From the NCBI GenBank assembly GCA_951406725.2, contig OX597816.1, positions 142,972,001-143,036,000 on the forward strand: a stretch of 64,000 bases of DNA, given 5' to 3'. The position numbers and the translations under genes are program-made. The notes beneath the pieces are model-generated. The model saw nothing but the letters and a program-made list of their open reading frames with translations. It searched no databases and was not told the DNA's origin. Source of the DNA: Octopus vulgaris. Its lineage: Eukaryota. Within the stretch, counting starts at the first letter, position 1. Each line of letters begins with the position of its first letter. Shown here piece after piece: positions 10,851 to 24,500 of this stretch.

Positions 10851-13682
10851 ATACTCGCCCTGCCTTGGTTTTTGATTTTTCCTCTAGCTAAAACGAAACC
10901 CTAATACGGATCCTTAGATCCAACATTAGCTGTGATCTTGGAACCTAACGGTCGACCAACTATAGCATTTACCAATTCATTTAGATCACAAGTGAACTAA
11001 ACCCCTCATATTCTATGTGTGTATGTGTGTGTATGTATTATACACATTTACATACACACACGTATTTGGGGAGAGAAAATAAAGACATACAGAATATAAA
11101 AAAATAAATATTTTAAGCATCTTAATGTTAGAAACATAAATAAACTTTCACAAACTAAACACTGATATAAAAGAGAGAGAGAGAGAGAGATGTATATGCT
11201 TATATTGTATGTACATAAAAACACGCACTTATAGAGGCAGATACGCACAAGCGTGCATGACCCAAGGTAGCTAGCTGATAGTACAATTCACCATCACCAC
11301 CATCACAATCTCTGTTATTTTTCAGGCAAGCAGGGAAGATCTTTCACAGCTCACACGCACCCTCTTTCTATCCCTCTCTCTATTTGTACTTTATAGCTCA
11401 TCTGAACAACTGAACGTGCAGCTGAACAAACAATTTACAGTCTCAACAATACATGTCTCTTTAACGGTAACACAGCAACCAACCAATTATGATCTTCTAT
11501 ATCAATTTACAAATAAAAATCTATATAAAGTATACTCGTCTTCTTCCTAGTGCTGTGTGTGTGTGTATATGTGTGAAAAGTTTTAAGGTACAAATTAAAC
11601 TATACATAGAACATGGGATTAAATCTGTTCTCAAGTATTGTGTCATTCTTATCAGTGTATGGGCATCGTCCACTGTATTTCAGATTCCTCCTCGACCATC
11701 TTTTAATTTGAGTAGGTTAAATGGCGCATGTTACATAGTCAGACGAATGACCATGTGCCAGGGACTAAGAGCCAGCTTGCGCGCTGTCATGTCGTGATTG
11801 TTGTTGACCTATGATGAAAGGCACTCCAATCGTGACCACCTCATCTGTTTGTTATTCAGACGGTAGGTTTTAATTTGAGGTTGGCTGTTGGCTCAAGAAA
11901 TTTGAATGTCCAAGGACAAGTCACTCAGTGGAACAATATGTGAGAGTCTGGTGATGTTGTGCAGTCTCCGATTGTCCATTTAGTTCCTGTTTTCAACCCA
12001 AGTCGGCTCTGATCGAATCAATCTCTGATGGAAGGCATCTTGTCTGTTGAACTATAATACTACCCCATGTCTTTTTCTTTTTAAGATACAAATATGTGAT
12101 ATACGCGAGATCTTGGTTGCTATTTGTAGCCGGTCGAGTGACTGTATAGGCCTCTTTTTTTTTTTTAGATGCTACTTTCCCGGTCTAACGCAATATTTAT
12201 AGTCTATGTTGTGAAATGCCCAGATCTTGATGAATGAGTTCAGATTAGGGTTAGAGTTAAACAGCACGCTAAAAGTGTAAATGTCTCAGTAGACAACACG
12301 CTGAAGTGGTGCTTTTTTTTTTTTTTCCATTGGACCACCAGTGTGCATATAGATAGCTTTGGGTGGAGGTCAAAGAGGAGGTAAGCAAAACAGATGGCCT
12401 CAGTTAAATCATGGAAGTTATTTTCTGCATCTTACTAATAATATTTAAGCGGAGAAGCTAATAAGGCTAAGATGACTGCATCTGTTTTTGAGTATCCTTT
12501 TATTCTCTTACTGGTATCAGTCAGTTATTGGGCTGCAGCTACGCTGGGATACCGACTTCAAGTGTTTAAACAATATTTACCCCTGTGCTTATGTCGGACT
12601 GGTGTATATTTATCGATAAAATTTATCAAAGCTCTAAGACACTCAACATGAAAGAGTATAACACTGTATATAGTTTCAATTATCATTATCATCATTAAAA
12701 TGTACGGTACTACAGCGTTTATCTTCCTTTTTCTTTTATTACCTCACTTCTCACACTTTTTATGTCCTCCTTACCCTTCCTTTCCCCTTTATTCTCCCAC
12801 ACTGCCTTTTTCTCACTCATCGATTCTCTTTATCACCTGCTAAATTCCCTCTCTAAGACGTAATGCGTGCACTTTTTCTTGATAAGCGACTCTGTGAAAG
12901 GTCCAAAATTTTCCTCCACTATTATATATATTGATTCCTGAAATTAAATTTTGAGGTCATTAATTTACGCACAGGGTTTTTTTTTTCTTTTTCTTTTTCT
13001 TCAAATGTGAATGTAAATAGAAAAAAAACATGTATATTTTTCTAACCGATGCAATATGCATTGTACAATGTTTATTCAGTATCATTTTCCATAACACATG
13101 TGCAATAATACTTTGTTACGAAAGGAGTTTTATTATTTTTTTTTTTTTTCAGAAACTTACTGAACAGAACTAAAAATAATCACAAAAAGTAAAATGGATT
13201 TTAAAACAAAAACAAATTGATTTTTTTTCAAACGAATTAAAATAGATGATTTGGTCCCAAATGTAATTATGACTAGAAATATTTACTAAAAAAACAACTG
13301 AAACACTAGGAATTGTGAAAACAGCAGTGAATAAAGTTTGTGACATAAAATAGTCACACGTTCATGGATATAAATATCACTAAATCATGCATGTTCTATG
13401 TATATACTGTATGTGTTCGCGCGCGCTATGAAATAGCTCCGCTTTTAAAATAAGTTTGTGACTTTGGTTAAAGATTACATTTCGAATAGAACGATAAATT
13501 GCGAAACGTAATTTGTACGAAATGTACTGACATAGGTAGATATTGCATAAATTATACAAGGTATGGGCACTACTGACTTTCTGAAGGTCCAAACCTCGCT
13601 ACCACCCAACCCACCCCATTCCATTATTGCCAATATTTCTGCAGAGTCGAAGGGCTTTTATTTCATTAAACTACATTTCAAT

Positions 13683-13718
<36 letters not shown>

Positions 13719-14864
13719 GTTTTCATATCGTTTTCCACGCTAGTTGTATCAGAACGAATATAGTCGAATGCCCTTCCTGTCACTAACCCTTAACAGATAT
13801 TTTTTTTTTCAAGTGATCTCTTATTTCAATGGCTTCCACAGTGAAATGTCACCAAACGATTTGCTGACATTTGTGGCTTGCAATTTTCGGAGAGTTACAA
13901 ATATAGATACGCTCTTACATGCAGTTGTCTACAAAAATCACAAGACTAGTCGGCCAGGGACTATAGTAGGACACACTTGCCCAAGGACTGAACCTGAAAC
14001 TACGAGATTGGGTACAAAACTTCTCAATTACATATGCTATATACATGGAGGAAGCGGGGTTAGTTGGAACGTGGCATGAGCTGAAACACCTCTTTTTCGT
14101 AGAACCAAAGGTCCTGGTGAAGACGGTTGCTATCTTTTGAATGCCTCATACTGCCTTTCAACCATATAATAAACACTTCTGTGTGTTGATTGTTCACAGT
14201 AGAATGTAATGGGTATGTAGCAGCAAATAATTTGTTTCAATTTCTGCTATGCACACTGTATGTTGACGCTACTACTGTCTGGAGCTAGTTGGGATTTGAT
14301 GTGAGGGTTAGTTGGAACGCGCTCCAACTAAACCCTCTATCACAAGTACACCAACACATGTAGCACTTAAACTCAATAGGACGTCAGCTGCTTGGAATTT
14401 GAACGAGTGCCACATATCTTAATATGACTTTCTCTGAAAAAAAAAAAGAGAAACAGTCTTGGGCGGAGAAAAGAGCAAAGATCGAGTCATTTTCTTAAGA
14501 AACAGGAGTTCAGGAATGAGAAGACCTTTCAAATACCGGCCTGGGAAAATATGTTATGACTTTTCCAGGGAAGGAAAAATATGAACTATTAAATTGCTTG
14601 TACTAGTTGATGAAATGAATAAAAATGATGATAACAAACAAACCTGTTCTGAGTAAAGACTATGTACACCCCAAATTCACAATAGCAGACGGTACTGAAA
14701 TATGCACGCATGAACCTGAGTACATTGTATTTATTCTGTCTGTATTGTTCAACAACGGGAGAGCAAGGTTTCGTCTGTACAAAACTTGTTTCCAGTTAGT
14801 TGATCGATCGGTCTACGAGCTAGAATACAAGGACGTGTTACGGTCCAAATAAAACTTTATATAT

Positions 14865-15400
14865 ATCATCATCATCATTTAACGTCCGTTTTCCATGCTA
14901 GCATGGGTTGGACGGTTCGACCGGGATCTGGTAAGCCATGGAGGCTGCACCAGGCTCTAGTCTGATTTGGCAGTGACTCTACAGCTGGATGCCCTTCCTA
15001 ATGCCAACCACTCCGTGAGTGTAGTGGGTGTTTTTTACGTGCCACCGGCACAGGGACCAGAACAGGCTGGCAAACGGCAACGATCGGTCGGTGCTTTTAC
15101 GTGTCACCGACACAGACACCAGTCAGGCGGCGCTGGCATCTTCCACGTTCGGACGGTGCTTTTTACGTGTCACCGGCACGGGTGTCTTAACTACAATTTT
15201 CATTTGAGTTTTATTTTGATGTTGACGTACTTGACTCAATAGGTCTCCTCAAGAACAGCGGGTCACTCTACGATCCATGGTTAGCACACCAGGCCGTCCT
15301 ACGAGCCATGAACTCACTTCATTTGTCGGGTGTTCACAGTCACAGCATATCTCAGGGGTCTCGATCTTCGTCATTTCCTCTGTGAGGCCCTACGTGCCAC
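14865..15400 (-). mobile_element. RTE-type LINE 3' end (or RTE-tailed SINE) with (CAT)n tail
   Basis: (ATC)n followed by TTTAACGTCCGTTTTCCATGCTAGCATGGGTTGGACGG...GGATGCCCTTCCTAATGCCAACCAC, the same tail that follows the RTE ORF at 50047-51110. Confidence 0.8.
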
Positions 15401-16202
15401 CGACATGGGTATCACATATATGTTGTGATATGTTTCATCTAACCCCATCTTCCCCTGTATATGAAAGCATATAAGTGCAAAAGTGAAGAGTACTCAAAAC
15501 CAATAATAGAGTAAAATACAAGGTTCTGTGGTTTCAAATAAGTTCAATTCGCAACTTATTGGTCAATCCGTATGCTTTTTGTTTGTATTGACTGTAAAGG
15601 ACAGTTGTTTAGTCTCGCGTCAACCTGATTGAGCAAATCTGAATGACCAACGACATTCTATCTATTACTATTCACCTTATTATTCAGCAAGCCTGTACAA
15701 TACATTTATCTAGTATGTCTATCATTATTTAAGACAGTAGTATGAATTAAGAGAGATTCGCCTGCATATTTCTCACAGATCAAATGACCACGTAGTGACT
15801 TATTGTTCAACCCTGCGCCAACTCTAATCGAGCTGACTTAGTATCAAAAGCGTTCTAGCCAAGACCATTCAGTTTTGTTTTGTTTTTTCAGATATATCTG
15901 CGCTCTAACGCATCTAGTAGGACTAATATATTTGAATGTATCTTTCCTTCTTTAAGATGATATGGTGCGATCTGAAGATTTTGGCGTTATTTCTTGCTGG
16001 CAGAATAGTCAAGTAGTAGCTTCGTAGTGTTTGTGGTTTTAAAAACATGTATGGCTCTTATATATTTCACACATATACAGAGAGTGTGTGATGAAGAAAA
16101 GAAGAAAAAGGTCAGATTTATTACTTAATTGATAACAACTGATATTTCACAATCAAAAAGACGTACGCTTTGACGGTTCAGCTTGATTTCAGATTTTAGT
16201 AT

Positions 16203-16911
16203 AAGATACACTTTTGGACTAAGTCTTCAATATATAAGATTTGAAGAACTGGAATACGGAATGAGCGTCCGTCTTTCAAAAACGAATAATCTTTAACCAT
16301 TGTATAATTCCATTCACATCTACGATGTATTATAAGAATATAAATCAACCCAGCATTTGACTGCTACTTAATTTCATCGACCTCAGAAGAATGAAAGGTA
16401 AAATGACTTTGGCCGGATTTGAACTCAGAACAAGAAGAGCAAACGGCTCTATCAATTCACCATCTAAGTTAATGCCTCTCATTAGTGGTGGTTCTATGAA
16501 GATTGAAAAGGGACAAACTAACATGTTTAATATAATTAAGATGATTTTAAAAACTTCTTTAAAATTTGTCCACATTATAAAAAAAGAATTATATGGATAT
16601 AAATTGTTTTATTTTGTCACTGATAAAGAGTTGAGGGAGTGGGGTTTCATTAATGAAGTGGGGTCTGGTACTTATTAGTTTTAAAACGGCTGATTTGGGG
16701 GTGATCACCTAGAGAGACGGATGGGACGAGATGTATGAAGTTTGGAGTTTAAATAAACGTGCAAATTGATCTTCAAAGCACAGAGAAGGTTAAAGGAAAG
16801 AAGATACACTTTTGGACAGAAATAAACTAAGTCTTCAATACATAAGATCTGAAGAACTGGAATACGGAATGAGCGTCCGTCTTTCAAAAACGAATAATCT
16901 TTAACCATTGT
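16203..16911 (+). repeat. ~100-bp direct repeat pair (16203-16303 and 16801-16911)
   Basis: AAGATACACTTTTGGAC...GAAGAACTGGAATACGGAATGAGCGTCCGTCTTTCAAAAACGAATAATCTTTAACCATTGT occurs twice; copy 1 lacks ~10 nt. Confidence 0.9.
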
Positions 16912-17904
16912 TTACCACAGACACTTAACTGCGAAAAATTCGCAAACAGAACTGCAGGAAAAGTCAAGTTTTCATGGAAATCATTTTTGTCCATTCTACA
17001 TAACCTTTCTCCCTCTCTTTCTCTCTCTCACACACACACACACAATATCATAAATTTTGAGTTTCTCCAATACTCCTTCTTTCTCAAAGCAAACTACCCT
17101 GTCGAACCAGAATTAAACTGCAAAAGTAATCAGCACATCATATATTGTACCACACCCCCTTTATCGAAATTGCGCAACCCGTCAATCTGCAATGGTAAAC
17201 AAGTTTTTTCTTTCTTGCCTCTTTTGTCCCTCACCTCACTCCTCATTAAACAATTTCAAGCTAAACTGAGAGTAAATCACCAGGCGCTCCTCCCCGACCC
17301 CATCACGCACAAGCTCTATTGCTCCCAAATTATCGTCAGTCCATTCAATATTAAACACTATTCAGAAAGAAAATTAGATTTTCTCTTTTTCTCTCTCAAA
17401 ATAATCTGACCTAGGACTGAACTCTAGGAGCATAAACCCCGATTCCATCAATCTACCTACACCTATAAATAATATCTGTCTACTTTTCACTTTTAACTTT
17501 CACTGTAAGCAAGGCAGCCTGTCCACTCAAATTTACAAGATAATTTGTTAGAACAAAATAGTACAGTGAAAACTAAAATACACTGAGTACATATAAATAA
17601 AATAAATAAATAAATAAAGGGAAGGCTAGCATTTTTTCTATTATTCTGGCGCCGTTGCACAACTTGAAAATCTTAAACGAAGCATGTGAACTAAAAACAA
17701 TTCAGTACATACAGTATGTTTATATGTTTAAAACATATAGTCATGCTGTGGAAAAAAAATCGGGGAATATACCCCCATGTGGACGAAAACCAACTTTGAT
17801 GTTTACTATTTAAAACATGCAATGATAAAACTATAAGAGACTTGGAATTTCAGTCTATTTTGACATAAATGTATTATAATTATTATTGTTGTTGTTGTTA
17901 TTAT

Positions 17905-18265
17905 TATCCTTTCTACTAAAGGCACAAAGCCTGAAAATATTGAAGGAAGGGAGGGCAAGTCGATTGCATCGGACCCCATCCCCAATACTCAACTGGTACT
18001 TATCGACTTTGGAAGAAGGAAAAGCGAAGTCAATCTCGGCGGAATTTGAATGCAGAATATCATGTTTCGGAAGAAATGCCGCTAAGCATTTTATTCGATG
18101 TACAATAATCCTTTCTATTATAGGCACAAGGACCAAAAGTTTGGGGAAAGAGAGCTTAGTCGGTTACATCGACCCCGAAACGATGAAAGGCGTAGTCAAC
18201 CTCAGCAAAATTTGAACTCAGAACGTAATGTGTCGGAAGAAATGGCACGAAGCATTTTTGTCTGA
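17905..18265 (-). mobile_element. Two tandem SINE copies (Meta/MESC-like core family)
   Basis: Each begins ATCCTTT(T)CTA...GGCACAA and continues through GTCAAxCTCxGCxGAATTTGAA. Confidence 0.75.
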
Positions 18266-19500
18266 TGTAGCTTATACATCCAGTACTCGGGTGCACTGCA
18301 ACTAAATGAAAATTTAAAATATTTACTTTCTCAGTAAATTTCAGTTGTATTGGAAACAGACGTGAAAGGGAAATTAAAAATCTACGTAAATACACATCTG
18401 CGTGTGCTTGTATTTAAATATGTATAAATGTAAACATGTATTTCTATAGTATATTTGTAAACAAATATGCATTATTACTTATATTTTTAGATCTCTCCTG
18501 CATATAGATAGATTTATGCACATATACACACACGCTCACTCAATGCCTATAAACTGAAATCACTTTTGGACGGATTCATTTTTAGATGAAGGTTGTAATA
18601 ATTGGTTGATAACACACACGAAGCCGAAGATTTCAAAGCCAGAGCGTGTTTGGAACCCACAAATTTCGATAACACTGTTTGCTAACATTAACGCGATAAG
18701 CGTCTACTACTCTCTCTCTCTCTCAGGGGGATACATACATACACACCTATATTTTTAGCATTCAAAAAAAGTCAGATTTAATACTAGTCCATTTTCTTTC
18801 ATTCATTTTGCTGTTTGATATTGATAATACAATTTTAAATACAATATAAGTTTAAAACTGCAATTGAAGTAGAAAAATCAAAATCCCGTTTTTAATAATG
18901 AAAAGAAAAAAAATTAATGCAACTGGATTTCAGTTAACATTTCTGATATCCTTAAATACTTGATTAATTTAAATATTTTTATGTGAGTATGGGTAGGTTT
19001 ATCATACGTCATGGTTTGAGAGTCCCAGGTAAGTTCCAGTCTGTTCCGATGTCTCGTCCGGTTAGCAAATTTGCTCCGTTTAATAGTGAAATCTAACGCT
19101 ACGTTTTGGTTAAACACGAAACACCTGAATTCTCAGAAGGTAAAACTAAAATTGTTGAAATCGGCAAGAAGTCCTAATCCTAGTGTGCACAGGTCAGACA
19201 TAAATTAACGAAAATACTCGTTATTGCTCAGTTTAAGCATGGGACCGCATGCCTTTACCAGAGGCATAACGCGTGTGATGTACCAACGTTGTAATACTAC
19301 CCTCGTAAGTATTGTAGTTTAAAGGAAAACGTCTTCTATAGCGTTGGGCCAACCAAAGCCTAGTAAGTCGATTTGATGAGAAGTCCGTTGTGTGTATGAG
19401 AGAGAGAGAAAAGGTTGAGTTCTATTTCATCTTTTACTTTGGGAGGTTCCAATGATCGATTTCTAATAAAGATTCTTCATATTACATTGGTAGTTTATGA

Positions 19501-19798
19501 AAATGTTACAAGCATAAGGTGTGTAATGAACATTTATAGAATACGTATCCTATAGAAACTCAACAAAGATGGAGAAGAGAACGTGTTCAAAGTTTTAAAA
19601 AGATTTAATCCATGCATACGATCGTTTCGAACGGTAATATTAACATGTAAATAACATGGTAAAAAATTAGAAATCAATTTAATTATAACATGGATTAAAT
19701 TTTTTTTAACTTTTAGCACCCTCTCTTCATCTTTGTTGAGTTTCTATGGGATACGTGTTCTATAAATGCCTCTAACACACTTTATGCTTGTAACATTT
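19501..19798. mobile_element. Inverted-repeat element, Penelope-like remnant
   Basis: Arms 19501-19614 and 19689-19798 are reverse complements (AAATGTTACAAGCATAA / TTATGCTTGTAACATTT; ATAGAAACTCAACAAAGATG / CATCTTTGTTGAGTTTCTAT). The minus-strand spacer has GAAAC-GATC-GTA. Confidence 0.6.
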
Positions 19799-20499
19799 AT
19801 ATATGTGTGTGTGTGTGTGTCGCCATAGCTTGACAACTGGTGTTGGTTTGTTTACCTCCACGTAATTTAGCGGTTCTGCATAGAGACCAACAGAATAAAT
19901 CCCAGGCTTAAAAAAAAATGAGATCTGGGGGTCGATTACTTTAACTAAAACCCTTTAAGGCGATATACTAACCCTCTAGCTTTTTGAAGTTCAGAATCTA
20001 ATTATAGGAGAGAGAAAAATTACACACTGCACATACGGATAATTAGATGATAAAAGTTCTTCATTGTACCTATGATACCAATAATTTCAAGCTTCGTTCC
20101 GGTTTGAGGAATGGCTTGCGAGAGGTACGCAGAATGTGTGGACTGCACAGAGTGGCTGGCCACTGTATTCACGTTTTAAATGTTATTTTGGTTTGTGTTT
20201 AAGAAGTTTGGATAAGGAGTTTGCTTCAAAACTATGTGATTTGGAATTGAATTCTACAGCGCAGTACATTGGGCAAATGTTTCTCTTCTATCATAGCTCC
20301 AATGTGATCAAATCCTTGCGAGAGAAATTTGGCAAACAGATTCATTTTTGTGGGGAGAGAGGTTTACAGTCTTAATCAGTTGCCCGATTTAACAGCAAAT
20401 AAAAATCATGGCCGTAAACTCGAATCAGTATAATACACAATACAAATTGAAACTAGTATTTAAAAATTCCGTGTTTGATATGGTATCAAACTTTCCTAT

Positions 20500-21552
20500 A
20501 ATCCTTTCTACTATAGGCACAAGGATTGAAATTTGGGGGAGAGAGGCTAGACGATTACATCGACTCCAGTGTTCAACTGGTACTTATTTTATCGACCCCG
20601 AAAGGATGAAAAGCAAAGTCGATCTCGGTGGAATTTGAACTCAGAACGTAAAGACGGACGAAATGCCGCAAAGCATTTTGCCCGTCGTGCTAACGATTCT
20701 GCCAGTTCGCCGCCTTAAACTTTCCAATAATAATCCCTTCTACTTTCGGCACAAGGCCTGAAATTCAGATGAGAGGTGAAAATCGATTACACTGACCCAG
20801 TACCTGAAAGGGTGGATGAATGAATGAATGATCCTTTCTACTATAGGCACAAGGCCTGAAATTTTGGAAGAGGGGGATAGTCGATTACATCGACCTCAGA
20901 ACCCAGCTGGTACTTATTTTATCGACTCCGAAAGGATGAAAGGCAATGTCGACCTCAGCGGAATTTGAACTCAGTATTTTGCCAGCTCGCCAATAATAAT
21001 AATATTAATCCTTTCTACGATAGGCACAAGGCTTGAGGAGGGAAATCGATAACATCGACACCGGTATTTGACTAGTACTTATTTTATCGACATAGAAAGG
21101 ATGAAAGATCAAATCGACTCAGAACGTGCTAACAATTCTGCCTTCTCGCCACCTTAATAATAATTCTTGCTAGTTTTGGTGCAAGGTCATTAATTTTAGG
21201 GAAGAGGGTTAAGTCGGTTACATCAACGCCAGTACTCAACTAGTACTTATTTTATCGACCAAAAAAAAAAATGAAAAGCAAAGTCGAACTCGACGGAATT
21301 TTAAGTCAGAAAGTAAAGAGATGGAAGAAATGTTGGTAAAATTTTCGTGTAACGCCCGCACGATTTTCACTAAGAAAAAAAAAAAAAACTCGGATTTTTT
21401 GTGCGGAATCAAGTACCCTAACCTCGTAATATGCTGCAAATCCCTTTTTTTTTTCTTAGTGAAAATCGTGCGGGTGTTACACGAAAATTTTACCGAAATG
21501 TTGCCAAACATTTTGTCTGAATCGCTAACGATTCTACTAGCTCGCCGCCTTT
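20500..21552 (-). mobile_element. Head-to-tail cluster of about five SINE copies (Meta/MESC-like core family)
   Basis: Repeated ATCCTTTCTACxATAGGCACAAGG...GTACTTATTTTATCGAC...AAAGGATGAAA units starting near 20500, 20730, 20830, 21008 and 21165. The first copy is near full length with CpGs intact. Confidence 0.85.
21335..21494. mobile_element. MITE with GG-terminal TIRs and 8-bp TSD (Merlin-like)
   Basis: TIRs GGTAAAATTTTCGTGTAACGCCCGCACGATTTTCACTAAGAAAAAA and rc (1 mismatch). GAAATGTT is duplicated at 21327-21334 and 21495-21502. Inserted in a SINE. Confidence 0.85.
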
Positions 21553-24500
21553 CCACGTTATCCAACATATATGTTTAATAATTATGTGACGTATAAAATA
21601 TCTAATTATACAAAATATTTAAGGATAGTAATGTTTGTTCTAATATAGGAATGACTTCAACAACCGTCCGCGAAAGATAGCAAGATTTGGTGGGGTTTCT
21701 TTTTTTTTTTTTCTCTTCGGAATCGTAAATTTCCAACGTTTAAAATATATAATTCACGGAGAAAATTTTTCGTGGGAAATAAAAAATCAAAATGAAAAGC
21801 TTTACAACCAGTTGCGTACTCTGAAGCAGAAAAAAAAAAAAAAAAGAATTCAAACTTAGAGGGAAAAAAAATTCCAGAACCGTAATCTCCAATCCGAAGA
21901 AATGTTTGAAAAATATACAAATAAATAAAGTTTTTAAAACTAAGTAACCAGGAGTGCTTATTCCGAAACTTTGCCGTTTATACTTTCACAATTTGAGTCT
22001 ACGGCCGTAACGTAAACGGGTCGCTTTTAACACTATCACCTGAAGCTGGGAACTTTTAACAGAATCCCTGTCGACGCTGAAAGCATTCTAGCCAAGTCCC
22101 ATGTCTGAAAATAGCTTCCCACCACCAGCTTTGGAGGTTCCTTCTCCTCTCAATAAATCATTTAAAAAATAAATATATAAAATGTAAGCCAATGAAAAAA
22201 CGTCTTCCTCATATTTCGCCCCCGCCCACCATCTCAAAATGAAAAGGAAATATTGGATAATGTGATCTCTGATACCTGTCTGGGGATAAAAAAAAAAAAA
22301 AGAATAGTCACCGCTGAATATGTTTCATCGTATCATACGATAAATCGATAACTGTTAACAAGGTGAAGAAACAACGCGGTTTCAATCTCCGGTTAGACTT
22401 TTCACCTCGCTGATTTAATATCACATCTCTTTAATGATACCATATCATTACAATCATCAATCAATTAGATACTTGAGTCGATATAATCGACAGTTACCTT
22501 CTACTAAACTTGTGAAATTGTTAGAAACTATGTTAGAAATTGAATTGTTAACGCGTCAAACTTGCTTGTGCTATTTGATCCGCCTCAGAGTTTTGAGTTC
22601 AAATTCCTTAGAGATCAATTTTGCTTTTCATTCTCGGGGTTGATAAAATAAAGTACCACTCAAGTACTAGGGTTGATATAATCAAAAACTCCTCTCGCCC
22701 CAGTAAAATTTAGGCCTTGTGCCTACGTTAGAAATAATTATTATTTTCCGCGAGAAAACTTTAACACAGGTCCAGAGAAAGTTGGATTTATTAACTTTTG
22801 AGAGTTCACCTTACCGTTGGATAGAAAAATACCTTATATATTTCTGTAAAAATTGTTTACAAGTGTCTAGCTACTGGCTAACCATAAACATAGTAGCAGC
22901 AGATAGGTCCATAAAAAAAATTTGAAAACAAAAGTACAGTTAAAAAAATTACGGCAATTAAACAAGCAGACGATTACACTTCAAAAGTACTCAAAAAAGT
23001 GATAATTCCACAAATAGATATATTTGCAACACAGACTTTAGAACTTTAACGCACACAACTGGGGATCAGCTATATTTTCAATAACAATGGCAGTATATCT
23101 TTTGCTTTTCATTCATTCTTTTGTTTTATGTCCCCACTTGCTTTACCTGTACATGTACTGTCCTCTCTATATTGCGCCCTCAGTAGATAATAAAGAAATG
23201 AGTATATCTTTTGCTGGCGTTGCGACCCAAACGGTTGACATAGATCAACTACAGCAAAAGAATTCTGGCAGGGGTTATGTCACAAAAAAAAAACAGTACC
23301 TCATAGTCAGGGGAATTCATGGAGGAAAAGATAAGAGAAAATACACATTTCTATTTCTCGAAAAGTAGACATGCCTTTGAACATTTTGTCGATATTTGGA
23401 ACGATGTGTCCCATAGACCGGAACAGGGTGTATGGAAGTATTGTCTGATTTATAAAGCAAGCTGAGAACTCAGTAAGAAAACAAGCAGAGCTGGTGCGCT
23501 ACACACCTCACCAACCTGGTGTTGCAATATATGAAAAAACGAAACGTTCTCATTGACAGAAACCGACTGAGGACGACATAGGAAATCGAAATGCAAGACG
23601 CAAGAGGAAAAACCTATTGCCTCCTTCCTAGGTTAATAGGAAATTCATGATTCTTCGAATCGCCAACGATGAAACAGATGGAGATGCTGAACAAATCGAA
23701 GGAAGAAGAGAACAAAATGTTGACTGTGAAGCAACGGGCTCCTATCCATGAGGAGAAACTGAATGACAGACTGTTGGTGAAACTGACACCAACGGTCCAA
23801 AAACACACGAGGATGCAGGAGAATTCTTGTTTAATCGGAATTCCAAAGACATTCAGGAGATGCCTTCAGAAATCCTACTTGGCCTTGTACCAATTTTTAA
23901 GGCCAGATATCTTTAAACAAACGCCTGACCTGCGAGAAGAAACAAATCACCTTAAATCATACCCTATCGTCCAAAAATAATTGTGCAAAAAAACAAAAAG
24001 AACAAGCAGTAAGAACATTAACTAATATAGTCTTCCAAATGCAAAAGGTTGAATTTTCCATGGCTGAAATGTAAATGATCATAGGTCTGCTCAGCCAAGG
24101 CTGATCTGGAACTAAACCATTATTATCATCAGCACTGATGTGCCGTCAAAGACTTAGAAGACTTAATGAAATTAATAACACTTCTGACAAAAAACGTCCA
24201 TTAGTGCCGCAGTCCATACAACTTCTTTATGAAGAAGATAGCTTCAAACGAATGAAATCGAATGAAAGGTTTTGCGATCGAAAAATATCAGTCATCTCCC
24301 ACTAAATAATTGAAATTCATCAATCCACTGAATTATCTATTCAGAGCCTGAAAGTTGTTGTTAAAACCTACAAAAAGACACATAATCAAAGACATTCCAC
24401 TGTAACCATTTCGTCCTTTTAGGAGTATTTAGCACGACAGTATCTTCTTGCATTCAAGACAGTCGAGAGTGATGAGGAAGATATGACAGTTATTTCTAGC

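Noticed and set aside
20500-21552. Regularly recurring repeats resembling a CRISPR-like array
   Set aside because: Units are long SINE copies with no unique spacers, in eukaryotic DNA with no cas genes.
23240-23980. ORFs 23087-23368 and 23669-23980 as a host gene
   Set aside because: No splice structure or domain; faint similarity to decayed LINE sequence only.
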